This document shows, piece by piece, positions 10,972-22,342 of a DNA stretch of 64,000 nucleotides. The position numbers and the translations under genes are program-made. Origin of the DNA: an uncultured Planctomycetota bacterium (lineage in GTDB: Bacteria; Planctomycetota; Planctomycetia; Pirellulales; Lacipirellulaceae); the NCBI GenBank assembly GCA_963719315.1, contig CAVRBU010000004.1:128001-192000 (forward strand), given 5' to 3'. The notes under the pieces are model-generated. The model saw only the letters and a program-made list of their open reading frames with translations, did no database searches and was not told the DNA's origin. Numbering within the stretch: position 1 is the stretch's first letter; every line of letters starts with the position of its first letter.

Positions 10972-12513
10972 GTGAATCGCAATCTTCTGATGGTGCTCAT
11001 GACTCTTTTTTGTTGGGGCACTTGGACGAGCCCGCCGACGAATGCCAACTCGCCTGCGCGACTGGAGATTGTGGTCACTGATGTGGGCGGCCAGACTCTA
11101 CCCTGCCGAGTTCATCTCGTCGATCAGCAGGGCAATGCACAGAAAGTGGCCGGGCAGCCTTTTTGGCGCGATCACTTTGTCTGTTCGGGGCGCTCTACGG
11201 CCACGCTTGCACCGGGGAAATTCGACTATTCAATTGAGCGCGGGCCCGAATACCAGCGCAAGGCCGGACAGTTAGAGATCTCGGAAGGCGAAGATCGCAC
11301 GCTGAATTTTACGCTCGAACGGATCGCGAACCTGCGCACGGCTGGATGGTACTCCGCCGATCTTCACGTTCATCGATCACTCAATGAGATTGAACAACTG
11401 ATGCGCGCCGAGGACCTGGACTTTGCCACGTTGATTACCTGGTGGAACAACCGCAACATCTGGAAGGACAAGGTGAGTCCCGAGACGGACACCCGGCAAT
11501 TCGACGGGCACCGAATTTATACCGTCATGGCGGGCGAGGACGAGCGCGAGGGTGGCGCGCTACTGTTCTTCGGCCTCGACTCGCCATTGGACATCAAAAC
11601 AAACGACCGTGAATTTCCCTCGCAGATGCGGTTCGTTGCACAAGCTAGAGAGCGCAACCGAGAGGTCTGGATCGATATTGAAAAACCGTTTTGGTGGGAC
11701 GTGCCGGTTTGGCTCGCGAGCGGTCAGATGAATTCGATCGGCATCGCAAACAACCATATGTGTCGCAGCCAGATGTACCCAAACGAGGCATGGGGCAAAC
11801 CACGCGATACGAAGCGGCTTCCTGAACCGCGCGGCAATGGTTATTGGACGCAAGAGATTTACTATCACATGCTCAACTGCGGGCTACGTCTTCCGCCCTC
11901 GGCCGGAAGCGCATCGGGGGTCCTGCCTAACCCTGTCGGATACAATCGGGTTTACGTCCACCTCGACGAGTCCTTTACTCGCGATGCCTGGTTTCGCGGC
12001 TTGTCGCGTGGGCGATGCTTCGTGACCAACGGTCCGCTTCTGCTGGCAACAGCGGCTGGCCAGGATCCAGGAGCAACATTCAAACTCCAATCGGGTGAAA
12101 ACCGAAAACTGCGCATCAACATCCAGCTCACGTCACAAGATCCAGTTTCCCAGTTGGAGCTGATTAAGAACGGAAATGTGGTCCAGACCATCAAATGTTC
12201 CGGTGATTCAACCCAACGGCATACGATTGACCTTTCGGTCGACGAACCGGGCTGGTTTCTTATTCGTTCGATAGCCGAAGTGGACAACACTTTTCGTTTC
12301 GCCTCGACCGCCCCTTGGTTTGTCGAAGTTGGCGAGGTTAAAAATCGCGTCAGCCGCGGGTCGGCCCAATTCTTCCTCGATTGGACCAATGAGCGAATCG
12401 AGCGAGTCAAAGCCAACGTGCAAGATACCGCCAAGCGAGAACAAGTGCTTGTCTGGCACGCCAAAGCGCGGGATTTCTGGACGGAACGATTGAAAATGGC
12501 GAACGCCGAATGA
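10972..12513 (+). CDS. CehA/McbA-family (PHP-like) metallohydrolase, exported
   Basis: GTG start with GGAG RBS at 10961; ERGPEY, ADLHVH, YYHMLNCG.RLPPSAGS, VGYNRVYV, FVTNGP. Confidence 0.8.
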   Translation: MNRNLLMVLMTLFCWGTWTSPPTNANSPARLEIVVTDVGGQTLPCRVHLVDQQGNAQKVAGQPFWRDHFVCSGRSTATLAPGKFDYSIERGPEYQRKAGQLEISEGEDRTLNFTLERIANLRTAGWYSADLHVHRSLNEIEQLMRAEDLDFATLITWWNNRNIWKDKVSPETDTRQFDGHRIYTVMAGEDEREGGALLFFGLDSPLDIKTNDREFPSQMRFVAQARERNREVWIDIEKPFWWDVPVWLASGQMNSIGIANNHMCRSQMYPNEAWGKPRDTKRLPEPRGNGYWTQEIYYHMLNCGLRLPPSAGSASGVLPNPVGYNRVYVHLDESFTRDAWFRGLSRGRCFVTNGPLLLATAAGQDPGATFKLQSGENRKLRINIQLTSQDPVSQLELIKNGNVVQTIKCSGDSTQRHTIDLSVDEPGWFLIRSIAEVDNTFRFASTAPWFVEVGEVKNRVSRGSAQFFLDWTNERIERVKANVQDTAKREQVLVWHAKARDFWTERLKMANAE

Positions 12514-12675
12514 TGGCCGGATCGTAAACAACTCGACCGGTTCAACTCTGGACCGGACTTGCTATCGGAGCGCCGAGGCCGATAATAGGTTTCTACTTGC
12601 CAAATTCAGCCCGGCCCAAATGGTCGCTGTCCGCCAGCGACCTCGGGGTTACGCTTCCCACCTGTGGACCTTGCC

Positions 12676-15600
12676 ATGCATACATGGTTGCGAGTCCTCT
12701 CGATCGTCGTGGCTGTCGCTTTCGGCAACAGCGTGCTTTGCGCGGCAACGCCAACTTCCAACTCGGCCCCCACCTTTGAAAGCGATATTCGCCCCATCCT
12801 TCGTGCGCATTGTTTCGATTGCCATGGCGCCGCGGACAAGAAGGAGGGGGGACTCGATTTGCGGCTCGTGCGGTTTCAACTCTCCGGCGGCGACTCGGGC
12901 CCGGCGATCGTGCCGGGGCACCCCGACAATAGCTATTTGCTGGCTCGGCTTCGCGACGGCGAGATGCCCCCGAAGGGTGAAAAAGTGCCGTCCAAGGAAA
13001 TTGAAACAATCGCCCGCTGGATTGCCAGCGGCGCCAAGACCGCGCGGCCGGAGCCCGAGTCGATCGCTCCAGGCCTGGGCATTGCCGACGAGGAGCGCTC
13101 CTGGTGGTCGTTTCGGCCGATTGAACGGCCCGCCGTATTAGTGCAGGCGACCGACGTCCAAGTGCGCACTCAAATCGACGCGCTGCTGCGCGCGTCGATG
13201 CCACAGGGACTCGCGTTTTCGCCCGACGCCGACAAGCGCAGCCTCATGCTGCGCGCGTTTTTCGACCTCGTTGGCTTGCCTCCGACGCCCGACGAAGTTG
13301 AGGCATTTATGGGCGACCAGTCGGCCGACGCCTACGAGAAGCTGGTCGATCGGCTGCTCGCATCGCCACACTACGGCGAACGGTGGGGCCGTCATTGGCT
13401 CGACGCGGCCGGCTATGCGGATAGCGAAGGCGGCGCCGCGACCGACGCGGTCCGTGCTTGGGCATTCAAGTACCGCGACTATGTGATTCGTGCCTTCAAT
13501 TCTGATAAGTCGTTCGATCGATTCGTGCACGAACAGCTGGCGGGCGACGAATTGGCGGGACCGATCAAAGGCGACATGAGCCCCGCGCAGGTCGATCTCC
13601 TGACGGCTACGGGCTACATGCGAATGGCGGCCGACGGGACCAGCGGCGATGGTTCGCCGGAGGTCAAGAACCAGGTCGTCGCCGACACCGTGAAAATCGT
13701 AACCAGTTCGCTGCTGGGCCTCACCGTGGCATGCGCCCAATGCCATGATCATCGCTATGATCCGGTTCCCCAGTCGGACTACTATGCGTTGCGCAGTGTT
13801 CGAGCCGGCGCTTGATTGGCAGGCGTGGAAGACGCCGAATGAGCGGCAAGTTTCTCTTTACACGGCTGCCGATCGCGAGCGTGCGGCCGCGATAGAAGCT
13901 GAGGCACAGAAGATCGCAGCCGAACGTGCGGCGAAGCTAGCCGTGTACATGGCCGAAGCGCTCGAAAAGGAATTGACCAAATACGCCGAGCCGCTGCGCA
14001 CGGAGTTGCGGGCCGCGTACCAAACGGCGTCCGACAAGCGCAACGAAGTTCAAAAAAAACTGCTAGATAAGAATCCCAGCGTGAACATAACAGAAGGTGT
14101 TCTGTATCAATACAACCAGGCAGCCGCGGACGACCTCAAGAAATTCGACGAGCGCATCGCCGCAACGCGTGCCAAGAAGCCGGCGGAAGAATTCCTGCGG
14201 GCTCTCGTCGAGCCGCCGGCGCATGTTCCCGAGACACGGCTGTTCAACCGCGGCGATTATCGCCAGCCCATGCAGCCGATTAGTCCCGGAATGTTATCGG
14301 TCTGCTCGCCGGCCAGCGGTCGAATCGAATTTGCGGCGAAGAGTGCCGAGTTGCCGACCACGGGCCGTCGCCTGGCTTTCGCCCACTGGCTGACTGGGCC
14401 TGCCAACCCGTTGACGGCGCGGGTCATTGCCAACCGGGTATGGTTGCATCACTTCGGCCGCGGCCTCGTATCGACCCCGGCCGATTTCGGACGCTTGGGG
14501 TCGCTGCCGACGCACCCGGCATTGCTCGATTGGCTGGCGACCGAATTTCGCGATTCGGGTTGGAGCCTCAAGCATCTGCATCGATTGATCATGCTGTCCA
14601 CCGCGTACCGTCAGTCGTCGCGACGTGAACCGGCCCAAATCGCGATCGATGCCGAGAACCATTACTACGGCCGGCAGAATGTTGTCCGCCTCGATGCGGA
14701 GGTGGTTCGCGACCGCGCGCTCGCGGCGACCGGAGCGCTGGATCGCGCGATGTTTGGTCCATCCGTCAACGTCAAGGAAGACGACAGTGGCCAGGTGGTT
14801 GTGGCCAGCGACTCGCATCGTCGCAGCTTATACCTGTTGCAGCGCCGTAGCCAGCCAGTGGCGTTGATGCAAGCCTTCGACGCCCCGGTGATGGTGACCA
14901 ATTGCGAGGCACGCTCATCTTCCACCGTCGCGACCCAATCACTGATGCTTATGAACGGCGAGTTCTGGTTGAGCCAGGCGATGTCGTTGGCCGATCGCGC
15001 ACAGCGTGAGCTGGCGAAGGCCGTGCCGGCTGACTTGATTGCCAGTCTGCCGCGGCGTTGGGATCCGTCGCCGCCGGTCTGGCAGTTTGGCTACGGAAGC
15101 TGCGATGTAGCCTCAGGCCGAACAACTTCGTTTACGCCGCTGGGCAATTGGACAGGTTCGAGCTGGCAAGGCGGCGAAAAGTTGCCCGACGAGCGCACAG
15201 GTTGGGTGTTGCTGCATAAAGATGGTGGTCACCCCGGCAACAACCCCGATTACGCCGCCATCCGCCGCTGGACCGCGCCGGCCAATGGACTACTCACCAT
15301 CAAAGGCGCGCTGAATCACGACAGCCCGAATGGTGACGGCGTGCGCGGCCGCGTTGTTGTCAGCACCTTGGGCATCGCCAGCCAGTGGACGGCGCATAAC
15401 GCCCAGACACGGACAGACGTCGAAAAGATCGTGGTGCGGGAGGGCGACACGCTCGACTTCATCACCGATTGTCGCGACCACGTTACATCCGATTCATTCG
15501 TGTGGCGCGTCAACTTAACGCTTACACAGGACGACGGCACCTCCTCGGTTTTTCGGTCGGGCGAGGGATTCCACGGCCCAACAGCGCAACCAGCTCCCGT

Positions 15601-15817
15601 CGAAGTTGAAAGTATCGTCAGGGCGTGGCAATTGGCGTACTCGCGACTTCCCTCGCGCGATGAGCTGCAATCGGCTTGCGAATTCGTGACACGTCAACGC
15701 AAATACTTGCGCCTTCACTCACAACAGATTTCCCCGGGTCGATCTCCGGAAACTCAAGCGCTGGCGAACCTCTGCCATGCGCTGTTATGTTCCAACGAAT
15801 TCTTGTATGTGGATTAA
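12676..15817 (+). CDS. Planctomycete cytochrome c (PSCyt1) + DUF1549 + DUF1553 protein; frameshift near 13795
   Basis: CFDCHG, MPP, WSFRP, YGERWGRHWLD, CAQCHDH; second frame has NPLTARVIANRVWLHHFGRG, PTHPALLDWLA, RLDAEVVRD and ends NEFLYVD. Confidence 0.9.
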
Positions 15818-15850
15818 CGATTCACAGAAATGCTTTTAGCGGGGTCATCG

Positions 15851-17308
15851 ATGTTTGAGCCGACAATTCCGCCGCTTTTCCGCCGACAATTCCTGGCCGA
15901 GAACGCCATGGGAATCGGCGCCGTCGCGCTCGCGTGGTTGAGCTCACAGCTGTCGGCCGGTGCGGTTCCGCTCAAGCTGACTAAGGAGGCAGGCAGCTTT
16001 GATCTTAAGCCTAAGCTGCCGCACTTCGCGCCGTGCGCCACGGCCATGATTTCGCTCTTTCAGCATGGCGGCCCATCCCACGTCGACCTCTTCGATCCCA
16101 AGCCCGAGCTCAGTCGATTGAGCGGCGGCGAATATCAGGGCGCCGTGGATTTCAGCTTCGTGAATCGAGCCAGCAAGACGCTGTTTGGCAGCCCCTGGCG
16201 CTTCGCCAAGCGAGGTGAATGTGGCACGCAGGTATCGGAGCTATTGCCGCACCTGGCTGAGATTGTCGACGACGTCTGCCTCATTCGTTCGATGCACACG
16301 GGGGCCAACGGCCACGAAGTGTCGATCCGCTACTTCCATGGAGGCATACCGGGCGTGGTTGGACGGCCGACGATCGGTTCATGGCTCGTCTATGGACTCG
16401 GCTGCGAGAGCCAGGAGTTGCCCGCGTATCTCGTGCTGACTGATCCCGGCGGCCACCCGGTCGACGGCGCGAGCAATTGGTCGAACGGTTTCCTGCCACC
16501 GCTATTTCAAGGGACGGTGCTCAGGCCGCGCGAGCCCCGAATTTTAAATCTGGAAGCGCCGCCCCATCTTCGCGGCGCCGTGCAACAGCAAAACCTTGCT
16601 TTCTTGAAGGAACTGAATCAGCGGCATCTGGAAGTTCATCCGGGCGAGACGGACCTCGAAGCCCGGATCGCCAGCTACGAATTGGCCGCCGCCATGCAGA
16701 CTGCGGCCGCCGAAGCACTCGACATTTCCTCCGAGTCGGCGGCAACGCACAAACTCTACGGTCTCGACAACCCGGAAACGCGCGAGTACGGCACGCGCTG
16801 TTTGATCGCCCGACGGTTAGTAGAACGTGGCGTGCGATTCGTGCAGTTGTTCCTGGGGGGCCAGCCTTGGGACACTCACAGCAACATTCGCGAGGGGCTT
16901 CCGGCCATCTGCCGACGAACCGATCAGCCGTCGGCGGCGCTGGTCAAAGATCTCAAACAGCGCGGCATGCTCGACTCGACGGTCGTGCATTGGGGCGGCG
17001 AGATTGGCCGCTTGCCCGTTACCGAAAACCATGGCGATCCGGCCCAGTCGGGCCGCGATCACAACGGCCAAGGCTTCAGCATGTGGGTTGCCGGCGGTGG
17101 CTTCCAGCCGGGCATGACGTATGGCGAGACCGATGAGTTTGGCCACCGCGCAGTGACCGATGTCGTGACTCCCAACGATTTCCAGGCCACGCTCTTTCAC
17201 CTTTTTGGCCTGGACCACCGCCAATTGAGCTATTTGCTCAACGGTCGCGAACAACAAATCACGGCCGGCCGCGAAGCGCGCGTGGTCCGAGAAATCATCC
17301 GTCTTTAA
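15851..17308 (+). CDS. DUF1501 domain protein
   Basis: RRQFL; GGPSHVDLFDPKP, ARRLVERGVRFVQ, WDTH, GEIGRLP, GRDHN. Confidence 0.93.
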   Translation: MFEPTIPPLFRRQFLAENAMGIGAVALAWLSSQLSAGAVPLKLTKEAGSFDLKPKLPHFAPCATAMISLFQHGGPSHVDLFDPKPELSRLSGGEYQGAVDFSFVNRASKTLFGSPWRFAKRGECGTQVSELLPHLAEIVDDVCLIRSMHTGANGHEVSIRYFHGGIPGVVGRPTIGSWLVYGLGCESQELPAYLVLTDPGGHPVDGASNWSNGFLPPLFQGTVLRPREPRILNLEAPPHLRGAVQQQNLAFLKELNQRHLEVHPGETDLEARIASYELAAAMQTAAAEALDISSESAATHKLYGLDNPETREYGTRCLIARRLVERGVRFVQLFLGGQPWDTHSNIREGLPAICRRTDQPSAALVKDLKQRGMLDSTVVHWGGEIGRLPVTENHGDPAQSGRDHNGQGFSMWVAGGGFQPGMTYGETDEFGHRAVTDVVTPNDFQATLFHLFGLDHRQLSYLLNGREQQITAGREARVVREIIRL

Positions 17309-17336
17309 AGCAGTAACCGCGAATTGGAGGTCCACC

Positions 17337-18251
17337 TTGATTCATTACGGCATGTCGATTTTGCTTTGCGCTTTAACCTGCTTGTTCGCAGCGTCCGCGG
17401 CAGCACAGCAATCGTCCTATGATCAGCACGAGAATGTCGTCTACGGCGAAGCGGATGGCGTCGGCCTCGTAATGGACGTATTTACTCCCAAAGAAGATGG
17501 CAATGGACTTGGAATCATTGACGTAATCAGCGGAGCCTGGCATTCCGACCGCGGCAAGATTCGCGATCATGCCCGCGCACAAACGTTTCAGATTCTGTGC
17601 GGAAAAGGATACACGGTTTTCGCCGTCCGACCCGGATCCATCACGAAATTCAGCGCGCTGGAAATGCTCGCCCACATCAACGAAGGAATTCGTTGGGTGA
17701 AAGGAAATGCCGACGTCTACAAAATCGATCCCGACCGACTTGGGCTGATGGGAGCTTCGGCCGGAGGTCACCTCGCCTGCCTGGCTGCGGTCACGGCCCA
17801 AGATGGAAACGAAGGATCCAAAGATGGGCGTAAAACCCCCAGCACTCGTGTCAAGGCTGTTGGTGTGTTTTTCCCCCCGACCGATTTCCTGGACTTGGCT
17901 GGCAAAACCATCGACGCGCGAGCGACCAGCGGTATGGGTGAGTTGGTCCGCCAGCTTGCTTTCCCGCAGGGGTTGGGCGAAGAGACCGATGCTGAAGTGG
18001 CGGAAAAACTCACTCAGATCTCCCCCGCCCGACTGGTCACGCCGAAAGCGCCTCCCTTTCTTCTGATCCATGGCGACGCCGACCCGGCCGTACCGCTGCA
18101 GCAATCTGAGCGAATGCTCGCCGCCCTAAAACAGGCCGGCGTTTCCGCGGAACTTATCGTGAAGAAGGGCGGCGGTCACCCTTGGCCGACCATTCATGAA
18201 GAAGTCCAAGTGCTCGCCGATTGGTTCGACAAGCAATTAGCACCAAAATGA
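17337..18251 (+). CDS. Exported alpha/beta hydrolase (BD-FAE-like)
   Basis: GGAGG RBS upstream; signal peptide; SGAW, GASAGG, HGDADPAVP, GGH. Confidence 0.9.
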   Translation: MIHYGMSILLCALTCLFAASAAAQQSSYDQHENVVYGEADGVGLVMDVFTPKEDGNGLGIIDVISGAWHSDRGKIRDHARAQTFQILCGKGYTVFAVRPGSITKFSALEMLAHINEGIRWVKGNADVYKIDPDRLGLMGASAGGHLACLAAVTAQDGNEGSKDGRKTPSTRVKAVGVFFPPTDFLDLAGKTIDARATSGMGELVRQLAFPQGLGEETDAEVAEKLTQISPARLVTPKAPPFLLIHGDADPAVPLQQSERMLAALKQAGVSAELIVKKGGGHPWPTIHEEVQVLADWFDKQLAPK

Positions 18252-18255
18252 CTCC

Positions 18256-19098
18256 CTACGGTCCGGCGTAGCCCCGGGCGGCCAGATCGTCGGCAATTTG
18301 GGTCCCGATTACTCGCGGTTGTCGCAGTTCAACTTCAACCACGATCAATGCTTCGGCCGTTTCGCCGTAGGGTCCCTCGGCTAGAATATCGCCACGATGA
18401 TTGGTCGCTAGCGAGCAGCCAATTGCTTTCCGGCCTTTCCACGGGCCTTCGGTCAGCCAGCCAACGTTGCTTACACCGATTACCGGCAGGTCGTAGAGCT
18501 GCCCCAATTCGCGATAAGCGCGTCGCCACCGCTCGCCATAAGGATTCACTTGGTTGTCATGGTCAGCATCCATGGCCCAAGCCGACGGCGACAACAGCAC
18601 TTGAGCTCCCATTCTGGCTAGCACGTGCCCGATCGCCAGCGAATTCGAATAATTATCTGCGCAGATGCTGATGCCTAACGTGCCAAGCGCCGTATGGGCG
18701 ACAGAGAGGCGATCGCCTATCGAGTACAGATCGTGCGCAATTTCCAATTCATTGATTTTGCGGTGCACCAACAAGACCTGGCCGCGCGGATCGATCAGCA
18801 CGGCTGCATTGTACAGGTGGTCTCCCGCTCGCTCGACGAGACCGGCAACAACAAATACTCCCGTCTCGACCGCGGATTGCGCAAGCCGGTGCGAATGCGG
18901 CCCCGGAATGGGCTGCGCCAGTCGTCTGGCGCTTGGATCGGTCCAGCCCAGGTCCATGCATTCGGGCAGGACAACGAGGTGACAGGTCTTGCTGGCCGCA
19001 TCGCGGATGAACGCTTCGGCTCGCTCAAGATTGGCAGCCGGCTGAGCCCCCTCAACGAGGATTTGGGCCATGCCAATTCGGAGTTTCACAATTGTCAC
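18256..19098 (-). CDS. Carbon-nitrogen hydrolase (nitrilase superfamily)
   Basis: E-K-C triad in LPEC, HRKIN, ICAD. Start uncertain (ORF is open to 19158). Confidence 0.88.
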   Translation of the reverse strand: MTIVKLRIGMAQILVEGAQPAANLERAEAFIRDAASKTCHLVVLPECMDLGWTDPSARRLAQPIPGPHSHRLAQSAVETGVFVVAGLVERAGDHLYNAAVLIDPRGQVLLVHRKINELEIAHDLYSIGDRLSVAHTALGTLGISICADNYSNSLAIGHVLARMGAQVLLSPSAWAMDADHDNQVNPYGERWRRAYRELGQLYDLPVIGVSNVGWLTEGPWKGRKAIGCSLATNHRGDILAEGPYGETAEALIVVEVELRQPRVIGTQIADDLAARGYAGP

Positions 19099-19259
19099 CA
19101 GGCGTGATTGCCCGTTATAAGTTGCTCGACTCTCTACAATACTGTTGGCGAACGCCAACGTTTATTAGCATATATGCAGGACGCCGAGAAAGACTATCAA
19201 CGCACGAACAGCGCTGGCCTGATCGTGTTTTCCAAAGCAACCGTTGAGGGATAACGTCA

Positions 19260-20768
19260 ATGCCAAACGATCAATCCGAAGCCGGCCTCACGCGGCGACA
19301 GATTCTGCGTGGCTTGGCGGCTGTGGGCGTGGCCTCTGCCGGCGCGCCGACTCGCTTGTTGGCCGCCAAATCCGTGAACAACGCCGTAATCCAAGAGAAC
19401 CAGCGTCCCGGCACGCGCGATTGGATGCTTCGCAAGACGCGAATCGATCCCGAGTCGCGTTACCGCTCTCCCTGGATCGAGGGCTATTGTTCTCACCGCA
19501 GCGTGCGCTCCGGCGACACAATTTCGTTTCACGTGAGCACCAATCCGGCGTCTCCCTTCACCTTCGACATCTATCGCACTGGTCATTACGGCGGCAACGG
19601 CGGACGGCTGGTCAAGCAGTTGGGCGAATTTGCCGGGAAACGGCAGCCCGAGCCGCCGGTCGGCCCCAAGCGCCTGCGGAACTGTGAATGGGAGGCCTGT
19701 GCCGAGCTGCAGATCCCTCAAGACTGGCTCAGCGGAGTCTACTTAGGCAAGCTCACGGCGCTAGCGAGCGGATTGCAGAGCTATGTGATATTCATCGTCC
19801 GCGACGACCGCCCGGCGGACTTCATCTTTCAGTGTAGTGACAACACCTGGCAGGCATACAATCGTTGGCCTAATCAGTTTGCGCTATACGACGACGGCGA
19901 ACATGAGTGGTATTGGGGTGGAAATGTCCAGGTGAGTTTCCATCGACCGTACGGAAAGTACTGCCAGATTCTTGATGCTCCCTTATCGTTGGGCTCCGGC
20001 GAGTGGCTCCTTTGGGAATTCCCCCTGGCTTTCTGGCTGGAGTCGCTAGGGTATGACTTGACCTACATCTCGAATCTCGATACGCATCGTGATCCCAAGG
20101 GACTGCGCCGCGCCCACGGCATTCTCAGTGTTGGTCACGACGAGTACTGGACGAGCGAAATGTTCGAGAATGTCCGAGCGGCTGTCGCTGATGGGGTAAA
20201 CGTTGCGTTTCTTTCGGGAAACGCCGTTTGTGGGCGAGTCAAGTTTGACGACCGGCTTCCGGCATTCGAGCGGGTCGGCGTCTTCGGGCCGCCGGGCGGC
20301 ACGCATGAGTTTGAGCACATGAGCACGCTCGAACATCGTCGTCCCTACGCGAATGAACTGATCGGGGCCCACAGCACCGGTCCCGTTACGGGCGGCGCCG
20401 ACTGGACGTGTCGATTGCCCGACCACTGGCTGTTCGCCGGCACTGGCATGAGCGCCGGGGATTCGATACCCGGCCTGGTGGGTTGGGAGTATCATGGAGA
20501 CCCCACGGCCATTGAAGGCTTGAAAGTTGTCGCCAGCGGCCCCACCCAGAGTGCACCTGGCGAACTGAACGGCGGCGCCTACACCGCCACAATCTATCCC
20601 GGGCCGAAAGACAACTTCGTTTTCAATGCGGCCACGATTTGGTGGGCCGACGGCCTGAGCGAACCACCCGGATATGTCCGTCCTCAGGTCTATACTTCAC
20701 CAAAAGGTCCTGACGAGCGCGTCCAGCAAATCACTCGCAACCTGCTGACGGCAATGCGCCCCAAATAA
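19260..20768 (+). CDS. Tat-exported N,N-dimethylformamidase beta-subunit-like (DUF6605) protein
   Basis: TRRQIL Tat motif; ENQRPGT..W, IEGY, SGVYLGKL, TWQAYN, VSFHRPY, VGHDEYW, FLSGN, GWEY. Confidence 0.85.
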   Translation: MPNDQSEAGLTRRQILRGLAAVGVASAGAPTRLLAAKSVNNAVIQENQRPGTRDWMLRKTRIDPESRYRSPWIEGYCSHRSVRSGDTISFHVSTNPASPFTFDIYRTGHYGGNGGRLVKQLGEFAGKRQPEPPVGPKRLRNCEWEACAELQIPQDWLSGVYLGKLTALASGLQSYVIFIVRDDRPADFIFQCSDNTWQAYNRWPNQFALYDDGEHEWYWGGNVQVSFHRPYGKYCQILDAPLSLGSGEWLLWEFPLAFWLESLGYDLTYISNLDTHRDPKGLRRAHGILSVGHDEYWTSEMFENVRAAVADGVNVAFLSGNAVCGRVKFDDRLPAFERVGVFGPPGGTHEFEHMSTLEHRRPYANELIGAHSTGPVTGGADWTCRLPDHWLFAGTGMSAGDSIPGLVGWEYHGDPTAIEGLKVVASGPTQSAPGELNGGAYTATIYPGPKDNFVFNAATIWWADGLSEPPGYVRPQVYTSPKGPDERVQQITRNLLTAMRPK

Positions 20769-21290
20769 GGGCATAGACCATGCTTGGCCGACGTGGATTT
20801 GACGTAATCTTTCCACCAACCGCATGTTGACGCCCGTGCTAGCCTGACCTGGGCGATCGGATGTTGCGACGCCAAGAAGCTTAGTTTTGACGACTACTTG
20901 GAGTTTTGTTAGGTGCCATAAGTTTAGACACGTCGTCGCCCGACGTTTCGTCCACGGGATAACCTATATAGACTTGTGCCACCAAACCAAGGTTTGCGGC
21001 ACTACTTCCCGAGCGGTACAGCAGGGGGAATAATGACCGCTAGGATGTTGCGGCTCAGCTTGGACCTCGGTGCCGCGCGGCTTCGCTTCCTGGCGACCCG
21101 CTGCAATTCGGCACCATAACCCAGCAAGATTGACGCCGCCATCCTCGGACTTGAAACTGCTGCGACGTTTGAGCCCATCTCGACGCTCAAGCGCTTGATC
21201 GGTGGCGCTGTAAGGTACTTGACGACGCGGCTGAATCACGTGTTCAACTCGGATGCGCGTAACAGACAGTCTTTTACAAACGACCCCGCC

Positions 21291-21380
21291 ATGACCCAAC
21301 TCGGAAAGGTACTGTACACGGCCAAAGTCCACACCACTGGCGGCCGTGAAGGCGGCGCTTCCCGTAGCGACGATGGGCGA
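21291..21380 (+). pseudogene. ohr: N-terminal fragment of organic hydroperoxide resistance protein
   Basis: MTQLGKVLYTAKVHTTGGREGGASRSDDGR matches the Ohr N-terminus. Similarity then stops; the catalytic-Cys region is absent. Confidence 0.8.
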
Positions 21381-21546
21381 CCTCTGACAAGATCCGCGCA
21401 GCGTTCAAATCGCTGCGCTGATACGTAGCGAGCCGTCGAGCCAAGAGGAGGCTCACTGATGAAATGCGATTACAATATCCGAAAGAAAAGTCTAAATCGT
21501 TAACAGATTGATCCCCATAAACATGCTCTAAAGATAGGAATAGAAC

Positions 21547-22233
21547 ATGAAAATACTTATGGTACTGACATCCCACGATCAACTGGGAAACACTGGCCGC
21601 AAAACTGGCTTCTGGCTTGAAGAATTCGCAGCCCCCTATTTTGTATTCAGGGATGCGGGTGTCGAGCTGACGCTGGCATCACCGAAGGGCGGGCAACCAC
21701 CTATCGACCCTAAGAGCGATTTGCCTGAGAACCAGACGCCAGCCATGGCGCGATTCAAGAAAGATCAGACGGCACAAAAGGCGCTTTCTCAGACGGTCAG
21801 ACTTGCCGACATGAAAGCGGAAGATTTCGATACGATCTTTTACGTGGGCGGGCACGGTCCGATGTGGGACCTCGTCGATAATCCCGACTCCATCGCCTTG
21901 ATCGAGTCTTTCTACAATTCCGGCAAGGTGGTTGCGGCGGTCTGCCATTCTCCGGCCGTGTTCCATCGGGTGATGTACCAGGGGGCGCCCATGGTCAAGG
22001 GCAAGCGGGTCACCGGCTTTACCAATGGCGAAGAGGAAGCTATTCAGCTCACCCATGTTGTGCCGTTCCTTGTAGAGGACGAGCTCAAGAGAATCGGCGG
22101 TCGTTATGAGAAGGCTCCAGATTGGGAAAGCTTTGCGATTGTCGACGGACGTCTGGTTACCGGGCAGAACCCCGCATCGTCTACAGCCGCAGCTCAAGCG
22201 CTTCTGACGCTACTCATGCAGAATGCCAGTTAG
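21547..22233 (+). CDS. DJ-1/PfpI (Hsp31-like) type 1 glutamine amidotransferase domain protein
   Basis: TGFWLEEFAAPY, GGHGPMWDL, AVCHSP, VTGQNPAS. Confidence 0.93.
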   Translation: MKILMVLTSHDQLGNTGRKTGFWLEEFAAPYFVFRDAGVELTLASPKGGQPPIDPKSDLPENQTPAMARFKKDQTAQKALSQTVRLADMKAEDFDTIFYVGGHGPMWDLVDNPDSIALIESFYNSGKVVAAVCHSPAVFHRVMYQGAPMVKGKRVTGFTNGEEEAIQLTHVVPFLVEDELKRIGGRYEKAPDWESFAIVDGRLVTGQNPASSTAAAQALLTLLMQNAS

Positions 22234-22342
22234 TTTCCTGCTCCGATTGACCGTCGCAAGGGCTTGATGCTGTTTCAGTTACGCCGGCACAGGCAACACG
22301 GCCAAATTCTTTCCAGAGAAACACGATCTCGAGGTTAATACC

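Noticed and set aside
21033..21290. Possible gene relic upstream of the ohr fragment
   Set aside because: Interrupted frame with no recognisable homology.
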